IMG/VR virus record: IMGVR_UViG_3300046003_007892
Location: 124,001-188,000 of that record
DNA length: 64,000 bases
Direction: 5' to 3' (one strand)
This document shows positions 54,558 through 63,719 of the stretch, piece by piece. The notes beneath the pieces are model-generated. The model worked only from the letters and a program-made list of their open reading frames with translations, did no database searches and was not told where the DNA came from. The position numbers and the translations under genes are program-made. Numbering within the stretch: the stretch's first letter is position 1; each line of letters begins with the position of its first letter.

Positions 54558-55033
54558 TGAAGACGCTGGAATGCTCTTTCAATCAGGAAGGCATCGGCAA
54601 GACGCTGTCGAACTTGACCTTCCATCCATTCACCTTCCGAGACATCCGTTTCGGGAGCATTGAAGGTTTCCTGCAATCGTTGAAGGTCCGCGACGCCGAC
54701 CGTGCCGCCGACGTTCGCGTGCTGGCCGGATACCGGGCGTGGAAGCTCGGTCAAGAGGGCAACTCCTGGCAGGATAGCCAGACCCTGTGGTTCGATGGCG
54801 CCGCCTACCCCCGCGCCTCGCGCGAGTATCGCGAACTCATCACCGCAGCCTATGATGCCTGCTTCGAGCAGAACGACGGCTTCGTCATCGCCCTGATCGA
54901 GAGCGGCGACAGTTGCCTCGTCCACACCATCGGGAATCACGACCAGACCCGCACGACCCTCACGGAGTGCGAATACATCTATCAACTCTATCGGCTCCGC
55001 GCCCGCGCTCAGCAAATCCTGCGGGAGGACTGA
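54557..55033 (+). CDS. NADAR-like protein
   Basis: LSNL..HPF.F....F.SIEGFLQSLK...A...G...AL..SG...L.H. Confidence 0.7.
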   Translation: MKTLECSFNQEGIGKTLSNLTFHPFTFRDIRFGSIEGFLQSLKVRDADRAADVRVLAGYRAWKLGQEGNSWQDSQTLWFDGAAYPRASREYRELITAAYDACFEQNDGFVIALIESGDSCLVHTIGNHDQTRTTLTECEYIYQLYRLRARAQQILRED

Positions 55034-55452
55034 TGTGGTATGATGAAGAGCGCATTTGCCAGTTCACGATGGTGGACCAGCCGCGCCCCGCCGACCTCAA
55101 CTACTTCAACCTGGGCCGTTTCTGCGGCCCCTATGGTTCCCTGCGCACTCACCTCAAGCTTCGTGACGTCAGCGACGCGACCATAATCGGCCGCCCTGAC
55201 CACAAGCTCCACATTCACGTCTACTATGAGGGCAGAGAGGTGTTGCAGGATTTGCGGCGGGTCGGCTCAGAGCTTGCGAAGATGGACGTAACTTTGCGCC
55301 CGTGGTCGGCAGTGCAGATCGCTCAGCATGGTCGGGGTGACGCTAACAAACACCTGATCGTTCTTATGTTCTCGTCCGAAATCGACGCCATTATTGTTTG
55401 CGGAATGGTACTCCCGTCTCCAACCAAGAAGGTCACCCATGCCGTTCGCTAA
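55033..55452 (+). CDS. Hypothetical protein (small-family member)
   Basis: LMFSSEIDAIIV. Confidence 0.65.
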   Translation: MWYDEERICQFTMVDQPRPADLNYFNLGRFCGPYGSLRTHLKLRDVSDATIIGRPDHKLHIHVYYEGREVLQDLRRVGSELAKMDVTLRPWSAVQIAQHGRGDANKHLIVLMFSSEIDAIIVCGMVLPSPTKKVTHAVR

Positions 55453-55870
55453 TCTGCAAGACCTCTTCAAGGGTGACATCGAACCCTACGAGTGCACCCG
55501 CGTCGGCATGGTGCCGAGACACGAAGTCAACCGTCCCGCCGAAGTGACGTCGTGGGACTGGCCCTATGATTTGATTCTACCGCACATCGGTGGTTTCTCC
55601 GGCCCTGGTTTCTCTGGTTTCACCAGCTATCTCATCTATCGGGATACCATCGACAATCATTTCGCCATCGCCAGTGCTTGCGCTGATCTGATCAGTGCTG
55701 GAACGGTTCTATCGCCCTGGTTGGCCTTGTGCGCTGATATGGACCGTGTCCAAATTTTGTTATTTTCCAATGACAAAGATCAGATTGTAATGCGCATGAT
55801 GATCGATGCAGAAATCATAGTGGTCGAACCAAAAAAACCCTATGCAAGTAATACCCGCCATGCTAGATAG
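55439..55870 (+). CDS. Hypothetical protein (small-family member)
   Basis: LLFSNDKDQIVMRM. Confidence 0.65.
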   Translation: MPFANLQDLFKGDIEPYECTRVGMVPRHEVNRPAEVTSWDWPYDLILPHIGGFSGPGFSGFTSYLIYRDTIDNHFAIASACADLISAGTVLSPWLALCADMDRVQILLFSNDKDQIVMRMMIDAEIIVVEPKKPYASNTRHAR

Positions 55871-55900
55871 CCCATCTGATCTAAGAAAGGTCCCTTGAAC

Positions 55901-57064
55901 ATGTCCGAACCCAAGCCCGTCAAAATCACTCCGACGCCGTCACGCAAGAAAGCCGAAACGCCCTCCGTGCAGCAGGCCACCATCCTGGCTGAAATCCCGG
56001 TCGCGGCCCCGCCCGCTCCGCCCATCCTGTCAGTGGCGCCGACCCGCTCAGCGGTCGCGGTCCAGCAGGCCCCGCTGTCCATCACGGAAATCTCCCAGAT
56101 GGGCGGAACCACGCTGGTCAAGACGGCGGCCATCTCGGGCAAGATCACGTCCGTCGCCAAGGCTGGCGACATGGACGAACTCGGCAAGCTGGTCGGCCAA
56201 CTCCTCATCAAGGCGAAGGAATACGACCCGAGCAAGCTCGGCAAGGGCGGCATTCTGGGCTGGTTCCGCAAGTCCAAGCAGCAACTGCTGAACCACTATC
56301 AGACCGTGGACCAACAGGTCGGCGGCCTCGTCATCGAAGTCGATAAGCGTGTCGGCTTCTTCCGTGGTCGCGTCGCCGATCTGGAAGAGATGTTCAACGC
56401 CAACGAAGAATATCACGAGGAACTCGGTCAGACCATCGCGGCCATGCAGGAGCGCGTCGAGTGGATGCGCAGCAACCAGCCGGTCGTGGACGAGGCCGAC
56501 GCCTTCTCGGCGCAGAAGGCCGCCGACTGGCAGCAGGTGATCACCTTCGCCGAGAAGCGCATCGACGACCTGAGGCGCGGGCAGATGCTGTCCGAGCAAA
56601 CCGGGCCGCAGATCAAGCTGATGGCGATGAACTCCATCGCGCTGTCGCAGACGTTCGACGACATCAAGGTCACCACCATCCCGACCCTGCAACGGACGTT
56701 CGCCCTCTACATCATTAACAAGGAACAGCAGCAAGGCGCGGACATGGCGGAGGCGGTGCGCAACACCACCAACGCGGCCATCATCCAGAACGCCGACCTG
56801 TTGAAGTCCAACACGTCCAAGGTCCACACTCAGCTTTCCAGGTCGAACATCGACATGAAGACGCTGGAGCACAACCAGCAGGCCGTGTTCGATTCCTTGA
56901 AGGAAGTCGAACGCATCCGCGCCGAAATGAAGTCCCGGCTGCAATCGGAGGCACCGAAGATCGAACGCCTGTCGGCCGATCTTCACACCCGCATGGCCGA
57001 GTATGGCCGCGCTCTGCCGGGCGGCAACTCCGCCAAGCAGATCGAACAAACCGCGACCTTCTAA
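55901..57064 (+). CDS. telA: TelA/KlaA-family toxic anion resistance protein
   Basis: Long helical ORF; GWFRK...YQTVDQQV...FAEKRIDDL...QIKLM..N..L...F...TIP. Confidence 0.85.
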   Translation: MSEPKPVKITPTPSRKKAETPSVQQATILAEIPVAAPPAPPILSVAPTRSAVAVQQAPLSITEISQMGGTTLVKTAAISGKITSVAKAGDMDELGKLVGQLLIKAKEYDPSKLGKGGILGWFRKSKQQLLNHYQTVDQQVGGLVIEVDKRVGFFRGRVADLEEMFNANEEYHEELGQTIAAMQERVEWMRSNQPVVDEADAFSAQKAADWQQVITFAEKRIDDLRRGQMLSEQTGPQIKLMAMNSIALSQTFDDIKVTTIPTLQRTFALYIINKEQQQGADMAEAVRNTTNAAIIQNADLLKSNTSKVHTQLSRSNIDMKTLEHNQQAVFDSLKEVERIRAEMKSRLQSEAPKIERLSADLHTRMAEYGRALPGGNSAKQIEQTATF

Positions 57065-57076
57065 GGGAAACCCAGA

Positions 57077-57829
57077 ATGCCCATCGAACTCGACAAGAAA
57101 GCCGAAACCGTTCAGCGCGTGCTGCTCGACAAGGGCTTGGCCACGGCGCCGACCATGCGTGTCGCCGTCGCCATCGACATCTCCTACTCGATGAAGGATG
57201 AATTCGAGGACGGCAGCGTCCAGAAAGTTCTCGACCAGCTTCTCGGCGTCGCCAAGACGTTCGATGATGACGGCGCCTTCGACATGTGGCAGTTCGACGA
57301 CCGCACCGATTACATCGGTCAGGCGTCGGAAGCCGACTACGGCACCTACGTGCGGTCCAAGCGTCTGGGCGTCCGGGGCGGCACCCTCTACTCGCCGTGC
57401 CTGCGCGATATCACGTCGCGGATGTTCGGCGCGGCGCAGACCCAGACGACCACCCAGAAGAAGGGCGGCTTCCTCGGCTTCGGCGCCAAAACCGTGCAGC
57501 AGACGGCGAACATCGGCGGCTCCGACGAGCCCGTCATGGTCCTGTTCATCACGGACGGGGCCCCGCAGGAAACCATCTCGGCTGTCCGGGCCGTGCTGAA
57601 GGACGCGCAGAAGCACAACATCTACTTCCAGATGATCGGCATCAACAACCAGGGAGAAGAGTTCGAGTTGCTCTCGACCCTGGCCGACGAGCTTCCCAAC
57701 GTCGGCTTCGTCAAGATGAACGGCTTCCGCAACACCGACGAGCAACTCTATCGCGCCATGATCACCGACGAACTCGTCGCGTGGGTGTCGAAGTTCGCCA
57801 CGTCGGCTGCGAAACCCGCCGTCGCCTGA
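57077..57829 (+). CDS. Ter-associated vWA protein
   Basis: AIDISYSM, FDDDG, GGTLYSP, FITDG, IYFQMIG. Confidence 0.88.
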   Translation: MPIELDKKAETVQRVLLDKGLATAPTMRVAVAIDISYSMKDEFEDGSVQKVLDQLLGVAKTFDDDGAFDMWQFDDRTDYIGQASEADYGTYVRSKRLGVRGGTLYSPCLRDITSRMFGAAQTQTTTQKKGGFLGFGAKTVQQTANIGGSDEPVMVLFITDGAPQETISAVRAVLKDAQKHNIYFQMIGINNQGEEFELLSTLADELPNVGFVKMNGFRNTDEQLYRAMITDELVAWVSKFATSAAKPAVA

Positions 57830-57924
57830 TTCACCCTGCCGGGGGCGGGCAGCCGCCCCCGGTTCCTTCTCTGCTCAAAGAGTGCATTTCTAGAAAAGGG
57901 GCCCAAGTGCCGCAACGATCTTTC

Positions 57925-58989
57925 ATGAGCTACTTCCGTGGCTCGTTCATTTTCGCCGTCATCGCCATCATCGCGGGCGGCGTCTATGGATACTATACGG
58001 GCGGCACCATCGCCGCCACGCTCACCATGGCGTGGGTCGTCGCCGTGCTGGCCGTCCTTGAGACGAGCCTGTCGTTCGACAACGCCGTCGTCAACGCCAC
58101 CATTCTGGAGAACTGGGATGACAAGTGGCGCCGCATCTTCCTGACCTGGGGTATCTGGATTGCCGTGTTCGGTATGCGGATTGTCTTCCCCATCGCGGTC
58201 GTCGCCATCGCGGCGAACATGAACCCCGTGGACGTCATCAACATCGCCCTGTTCGACCCGGCCACCTATGAGGCCAGGATGCACGAGGTCCATCACGAGG
58301 TCGCTTTCTTCGGCGGCGCCTTCCTCGCCATGGTCGGTCTGGCCTTTTTCTTTGAAGAGCGTCAGGTCTACTGGTGGGAAGCCCTTGAGAGCAAGCTCGG
58401 CAAGGCCGGTGAGATCGAAAGCCTGTCCGCCATTCTGGTCATTCTGGTCGCCGTCTTCGCGTCCGCTGGCCTCGGCGAAGAGCGCATCTCGGCCCTTCTG
58501 GCAGCCATCTTCGGCGTCGGCGCCTTCATCGCCGCCCACGCCATGGGGACCCTGCTCGGCGGTGGTGAGGACGACGGCACCGGCAAGAAGGTCATTCGTG
58601 CTGGCGTCGGTGGCTTCCTCTACATCGAACTGCTCGACGCATCCTTCTCCTTCGACGGCGTGATCGGCGCGTTCGCCCTGACGAACCTGCTGGTCATCAT
58701 CGCCCTCGGCTTGGGTGTCGGCGCCTTCTTCGTCCGCTCGATGACCATCTATCTGGTTGACAAGGGGACGCTGGCCGAGTTTCGTTACCTCGAACACGGG
58801 GCCTTCTACGCGATCATCGCACTGGCCGCGATCATGTTCCTGAGCGGCGTCGGCATCGAACTGCCCGAATGGATTACGGGTCTCATCGGCGCGGCGTTGA
58901 TCGGCGCAGCCCTCGGACACTCCATCCTGGCCAATCGCAAGGACAAGAAACTCGAACAAGCCCACGTGATCAATCAACCGGGCACCTGA
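57925..58989 (+). CDS. TerC-family (DUF475-type) membrane protein
   Basis: LETSLSFDNAVVNA, WGIWIAVFGMR, ELLDASFSFDGVIGAFA, YLEHGA.YAI. Confidence 0.93.
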   Translation: MSYFRGSFIFAVIAIIAGGVYGYYTGGTIAATLTMAWVVAVLAVLETSLSFDNAVVNATILENWDDKWRRIFLTWGIWIAVFGMRIVFPIAVVAIAANMNPVDVINIALFDPATYEARMHEVHHEVAFFGGAFLAMVGLAFFFEERQVYWWEALESKLGKAGEIESLSAILVILVAVFASAGLGEERISALLAAIFGVGAFIAAHAMGTLLGGGEDDGTGKKVIRAGVGGFLYIELLDASFSFDGVIGAFALTNLLVIIALGLGVGAFFVRSMTIYLVDKGTLAEFRYLEHGAFYAIIALAAIMFLSGVGIELPEWITGLIGAALIGAALGHSILANRKDKKLEQAHVINQPGT

Positions 58990-59061
58990 CAACCTCCGGG
59001 AGCCCGCCCTTTCTTGGGCTCTCACTCATCCTCTGTTCAACTCTCGAAGGACCATAAGACC

Positions 59062-59661
59062 ATGGGTATCAATCTCGACAAAGGCGGTCGCGTCGCTCTC
59101 GGCAAGGACGACGGCCACACCAAGTTCATCGTCGGCCTCGGCTGGAACGCCAATCCCGGCACCGGCGCCACCTATGACCTCGACGCCTCGGCCTTCGGCT
59201 GTGCGCCGGACGCTGGCGGCGACCCCCATCTGATCGGTGACGACTACTTCATCTACTACCGCAACCTCAACTCGCCGTGCGGCGGCATCACCCACTCGGG
59301 CGACAACCTGACCGGCGACGGCGATGGCGACGACGAGCAGATCGTTCTGGACCTGTCGAAGGTCCCGGCGCATCTCCAGGAAATCGCCTGCATGGTGACC
59401 ATCTACGACGCCGCCTCCAAGGGTCAGAACTTCGGCCAAGTCCGCGCCGCCTACATCCGCATCGTGGACGCCGAGACGAATGTCGAGGTCGCCCGCTACG
59501 ACCTGACCGAGGACTACCACGACTCGACCGCCATCCAGTTCGGCTCGGTCTACAAGAAGTCGGACGGCTCGTGGGCCTTCAAGGCCATCGGCCAGGGCTT
59601 CAACACCGATCTGCGCGGCCTGCTGGGCGTTTACGCCCCCAACGCGCAGGTGGTCGGCTAA
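59062..59661 (+). CDS. terD: TerD-family protein
   Basis: VGLGW, YDLDASA, HSGDNLTGDGDGDDEQI, IYDA..GQNFGQV, W.FKAIGQG. Confidence 0.95.
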   Translation: MGINLDKGGRVALGKDDGHTKFIVGLGWNANPGTGATYDLDASAFGCAPDAGGDPHLIGDDYFIYYRNLNSPCGGITHSGDNLTGDGDGDDEQIVLDLSKVPAHLQEIACMVTIYDAASKGQNFGQVRAAYIRIVDAETNVEVARYDLTEDYHDSTAIQFGSVYKKSDGSWAFKAIGQGFNTDLRGLLGVYAPNAQVVG

Positions 59662-59688
59662 CCCGCCCTCCCCGGCTGTTAGACGACG

Positions 59689-59719
59689 GAAAGGCGGGTC
59701 CTCGGGCCCGCCTTTTTTC
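59689..59719 (+). terminator. Intrinsic terminator ending the Ter operon
   Basis: GGCGGGTC-ctcg-GGCCCGCC-T6. Confidence 0.85.
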
Positions 59720-59800
59720 GTCCACCGAAATGTAAAATAAAGTCTGGACTTTTAACCTAGTTCCCCTTACGGTGGCAGAGGTGAGAATGGGAGTTCAAGA

Positions 59801-60823
59801 GTGGCGCGCGATAAGGGTTCAACGAAGAAGCTGAAAGCACAGGCGACGGATGTTGCCGGTGAACCCAAGCCTATCGCGCCAGCCTCCCAAGTTGTTGTTC
59901 CGTTCGTTCGGAACGGCGTCAATACCGAGCCGAAAGCTCTGGACCCGACCCGTTTCGAGCCCCGCGCCATCCGCCTCCCGGAGACCCACTTGACCCCGAA
60001 GCCGCCGAAGCCAATCGCGCCAGCAGCAGCCCTGCCGGAACCGGCCGCTCCGCGCTCGCTGATGGACCGGCTGCGCAACAACCCGCCGCCCGCTCCGAAG
60101 CCCCAGCCGGTGGCGCCGCCGCGCGCGTTGGCACCTCCCCGTCCTTCCCCTCCTCGTGTGGAGCCCGTCAAGCCCGTGCCAAATCCGTACAACGTCACGA
60201 TTGACGACAAGATCGACCGCCTGATGGAGCGCGCCTTCGAGATCGACCCCCAGACGACGTCGAACATTCGCTTCCGTCCCCGACTGGACAAAGCGGTCAG
60301 CCAGACCGCCCGCGAGTGGATGGACTGGGGCCAGCGCGGTCTTGAAACCCTCCGCACCGTGACGGTCAAGAACGCCGAGTTCGTCAACAAATACACGACC
60401 CTGAACGCCGCGCAGTGGATTCAGGAGACCCAGAACGCCGCGAACAAGCCGCCGTCCTTCATGGACCGCTTCAACCGCAAGCCCGTCTCCTTCTATGAAG
60501 GCCAGATGGACCGCATTCGCGCCGACCTCGCCGACCTCCTGGTTCCGCTGGAAGCCGAGATCGCCGATCTCCGCCCCCGCTTCGACACCCTGCGCTTGGA
60601 TGTCCTGACCTTCTCGGTCCTCTACGAGACCCTGTCGGACCCGCACGACATCCAGGTCGTGCAGACCCGTCAGCGCACGCTCGTGAATGGCCAGACGTCG
60701 GTCGCCCAACTCCTCCAGATGATGGAGAACACGCGGGCGTCGATCACCCAGAATATCCAAACCATCGACGACCTTCTGCTGACCCTGATTCCGCAGTGGA
60801 AGATGGCTGAGAGCCAGCGGTGA
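59801..60823 (+). CDS. Pro-rich N-terminus + helical domain, possibly a remote TelA paralog
   Basis: SFMDRFNR...YE.QMDRI..DL...Q.RQRTL...QL..M..T..S...NI..I...LIPQW parallels TelA. Confidence 0.6.
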   Translation: MARDKGSTKKLKAQATDVAGEPKPIAPASQVVVPFVRNGVNTEPKALDPTRFEPRAIRLPETHLTPKPPKPIAPAAALPEPAAPRSLMDRLRNNPPPAPKPQPVAPPRALAPPRPSPPRVEPVKPVPNPYNVTIDDKIDRLMERAFEIDPQTTSNIRFRPRLDKAVSQTAREWMDWGQRGLETLRTVTVKNAEFVNKYTTLNAAQWIQETQNAANKPPSFMDRFNRKPVSFYEGQMDRIRADLADLLVPLEAEIADLRPRFDTLRLDVLTFSVLYETLSDPHDIQVVQTRQRTLVNGQTSVAQLLQMMENTRASITQNIQTIDDLLLTLIPQWKMAESQR

Positions 60824-61278
60824 AACGGCGGCAGTTCACGCCCCACGCGTCGATCAAGCCCCTTCCGACCGTGCACCTCTGGGAGAATCGCAACTCGCTC
60901 ACGGGGCAGAACCCGCACGAGGTCAACTTCATCTACACGATCAAGGGTGCGCTTCGAAACGCCCGCACGCTGAAGCAATGGGGGAGCTACAAGCCCGCCA
61001 AGCCGCTCGCCCACAAAGTCGTGCTGGTGTTCAAAGAACCGCTGACTTCCCGCTGGCTGATGGATTCCCCGTTGCTCTCGCTGGTGGCGTGGTTGACCGA
61101 ACACAGCCGTTCGACATGGGAAATCTCGCCACCGTTTCGTGCGCCGATTGATTATACGGAGTTTCCGAGAAGAGAGAATCCGCCCCAGGTCACCGTGGGT
61201 CTGGCCGATCACACCGACTTCGTAGCTCTCATGTTGCTCGGTGAACAGGCCTTCTCCTATCTGGAGACCCGGCCATGA
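60820..61278 (+). CDS. Hypothetical protein (small-family member)
   Basis: LVAWLTEHSRSTW...GLADHTDFVALML. Confidence 0.65.
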   Translation: MKRRQFTPHASIKPLPTVHLWENRNSLTGQNPHEVNFIYTIKGALRNARTLKQWGSYKPAKPLAHKVVLVFKEPLTSRWLMDSPLLSLVAWLTEHSRSTWEISPPFRAPIDYTEFPRRENPPQVTVGLADHTDFVALMLLGEQAFSYLETRP

Positions 61279-61703
61279 TTCCCTGCTGGGAGGCGTTGAA
61301 TAATCGACCGGGCGTTGGGGTGTCTTCGAGAGACCATCTGGAACCCCGGACGGAAAATCAGAAACGTTTTGTGGAAGAACTCCACCCGACGCAGAACCCC
61401 TGCATGGGTCGCGTCCGCAACGGAGTAGACTTCCGTGGTGGCTACGATGAGACCCAGTATATCGAGGTCCAAATCGTCCCGCCCCAATATCCAGACGAGC
61501 CCGACTTGTCTGTGACTCCTCGTTGGGTCATGCTCAACATTCTGGGATGGCTCCACTACGAATCTCGGGGCCGGTGGCGTATTGAGGGCTGGGACAAGTT
61601 CAAGATCGGCATCTCCTTCTGGCACCCCAGTGATGCGGCCGAGTTCGCCATGAACCCGCAGGGTCTGGCGATGTATCTGGAGGACCGCATATGGAACTCC
61701 TGA
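61275..61703 (+). CDS. Hypothetical protein (small-family member)
   Basis: ILGWLHYESRGRW...SFWHPSDAAEFAM. Confidence 0.65.
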   Translation: MIPCWEALNNRPGVGVSSRDHLEPRTENQKRFVEELHPTQNPCMGRVRNGVDFRGGYDETQYIEVQIVPPQYPDEPDLSVTPRWVMLNILGWLHYESRGRWRIEGWDKFKIGISFWHPSDAAEFAMNPQGLAMYLEDRIWNS

Positions 61704-62008
61704 CCGAACACCTGACCGCCTATCTGGGTCAGCACCCCCTCCCTATCCCCGACTTTGGCGAGTTCTTCGAGTTCGCCATGCCGGGCGATTACGCCATGCT
61801 GGTTCTTCCGTGCGGACTCCACTGCCTTATGTGCGATAGCGGTGGCGGCCACGCCTTGCTCGTTCATGCCATGGAGCGCGACGGGCAAGCTTGGAAAGAT
61901 GTCGATTTCGACGAGGCAGACCCCGAGGCCAACATGCGCTGGGCCGACGACGAAGATCGCGCGGCCTTCGTCCTGACCTTGCTCGCCGCCACAAGGGGAA
62001 CCGCATGA
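61691..62008 (+). CDS. Hypothetical protein (small-family member)
   Basis: RWADDEDRAAFVLTL. Confidence 0.65.
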   Translation: MELLTEHLTAYLGQHPLPIPDFGEFFEFAMPGDYAMLVLPCGLHCLMCDSGGGHALLVHAMERDGQAWKDVDFDEADPEANMRWADDEDRAAFVLTLLAATRGTA

Positions 62009-62406
62009 CCGAGGCGTCAATCGAATGCCCGACGTGTGGGCGTCGGTCCTGGCACCCCAAGGACGTAGAGCACCAGTGGTGCGCCGCGTGTGAACGGTTC
62101 CACTGCCTAATGTTTTACCGGACGATGTTCCACATCGTCACCGTCAAGCCCCTGACGTTCATTTGCCGAATGATCGGAGATGGCCTCATTGACGGCGATC
62201 TTGAGGAAGATCGCATCTATACGCCCGCCAGTCATGGAATCCTTCCCCCGGATTCCAGACCCGGCGACATCTGCACCGCCTATATGAACATCAATGCCGT
62301 GCACCGCCACAAACGGTATGATGGGCTCATCCTCCACACCATTGAGCGACAATTCCGCGAGGGTGAACTACCGACGTGGGAAGACCTCATGGAGTCTGAA
62401 ACATAA
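62005..62406 (+). CDS. Hypothetical protein with N-terminal Zn ribbon
   Basis: CPTCG...WCAAC. Confidence 0.6.
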   Translation: MTEASIECPTCGRRSWHPKDVEHQWCAACERFHCLMFYRTMFHIVTVKPLTFICRMIGDGLIDGDLEEDRIYTPASHGILPPDSRPGDICTAYMNINAVHRHKRYDGLILHTIERQFREGELPTWEDLMESET

Positions 62407-62438
62407 TTACTTGACAAGTCATCGCGCTCGGCTATTGT
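62407..62438 (+). promoter_or_regulatory. Early-type promoter ACTTGACAAG-class
   Basis: TTGACA-N16-TATTGT. Confidence 0.75.
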
Positions 62439-62458
62439 GCCGCTGAACGGAGGACACA

Positions 62459-63097
62459 ATGGTTCGCAAGATCACCTATCGGGGTTTCAACATTTCGTTC
62501 TGGGACGCGGCTTTTGACGTCTTGGACGAAAATGGCGTCAACGCCATTCCGGGGAATCTGTCCTTCGAAACCGTCAAGGCGGCCAAGCTCGCCATTGACA
62601 TTCTTTCTGAGGTTTCCTGCCGCCATGGCGCCGGAACCCCCGAGGCCGTGAAAGAGTTCGACCGTCGTCACCGCCTGTCCCTGGCCCGCGCCGCGAACGC
62701 TGACCGGCTCGCCGAAGCGGCTGAGATCATGCTGCGTTCGGTCTCTGCTGACTTCCACAACGACCAGGAGGGCCTCGCCCTGCGGATGGTCTTGCAGGAT
62801 ATCGCCAAGGCCGCCGACCCGCGAGCCACCAGCACGGTGCCGGGCCAGCCGGACAAGATCGCCTTCTACATCAACGACGATGGCAGCCGGGTTGCGGCCG
62901 ACGTCGCCTATCCGGTGATCGAGAATGGCTACAAGGACCCCGTCGAGGTCGAGTTCGACGGTCGCGTCTACATCGTCCGCTTCCGCAACGGTTGCTCGGC
63001 CTATTCGATTTCGGCCAAGGATAAATGCGACGTGCCGGTAGATTCGGATGTCACCGGAGCCATCGCCGACTTGGCCCGCCCGCTCGCGTGCTGCTGA
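62459..63097 (+). CDS. Hypothetical protein
   Basis: GGAGG SD. Confidence 0.75.
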   Translation: MVRKITYRGFNISFWDAAFDVLDENGVNAIPGNLSFETVKAAKLAIDILSEVSCRHGAGTPEAVKEFDRRHRLSLARAANADRLAEAAEIMLRSVSADFHNDQEGLALRMVLQDIAKAADPRATSTVPGQPDKIAFYINDDGSRVAADVAYPVIENGYKDPVEVEFDGRVYIVRFRNGCSAYSISAKDKCDVPVDSDVTGAIADLARPLACC

Positions 63098-63140
63098 ACT
63101 ATTTTCTTGACAAGTAATGCAGATCGACTAGATTGACGTC

Positions 63141-63719
63141 ATGGCCCTGATTGACCCCCGCCCCGCACACACTCTTACGGCTCGCGACCGCAGCTATGCT
63201 GAAAAGCATGCCGCCTCTGGCGCCAAGATGCCGGTGCCGTGGTTCACCGGGTCCACGATGGCCCGCCCCCTCACTTTCCTGATCGATCAGATCGAGGAGA
63301 ACCGCCTGCGTCCCCTTCAGGAGGGCGAACGCTACTGTGGGCCCTTCATTCTGCCGCCCTTCCAGCGTCCGGCCACGTGGTCGCTCGAACAGAAGGTTGC
63401 CCTGATCGAATCCATCTGGGCCGGGCTCCCCATTGGCTCGCTGGTCGTCAACGTCGCTGAGACCTATGCCTCGCGCTTCTCGTCCTGGCTGATCGACGGG
63501 CAGCAGCGTGCGACCGCCATCACCGAATACGCCGCCGACGCCTTCCCGGTGAACGGATGCCTGTGGTCCGAACTCGCCGAGGTGGACCGCCGCGTGTTCC
63601 GCATGGCGAAGATCATTTCCGTCTATGAGACCAAGTTCGAGGACGAGGACGTCCTCCGCGAGGTCTACAACCGCCTCGCCTACGGGGGCACCGCCCACAC
63701 CGAAGAGCAACGGGCGTGA
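63141..63719 (+). CDS. Stand-alone DUF262 (ParB/Srx-like) protein
   Basis: LPPFQRPATW, LIESI..GLPIG, LIDGQQR.TAI; upstream TTGACA-N16-TAGATT. Confidence 0.88.
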   Translation: MALIDPRPAHTLTARDRSYAEKHAASGAKMPVPWFTGSTMARPLTFLIDQIEENRLRPLQEGERYCGPFILPPFQRPATWSLEQKVALIESIWAGLPIGSLVVNVAETYASRFSSWLIDGQQRATAITEYAADAFPVNGCLWSELAEVDRRVFRMAKIISVYETKFEDEDVLREVYNRLAYGGTAHTEEQRA

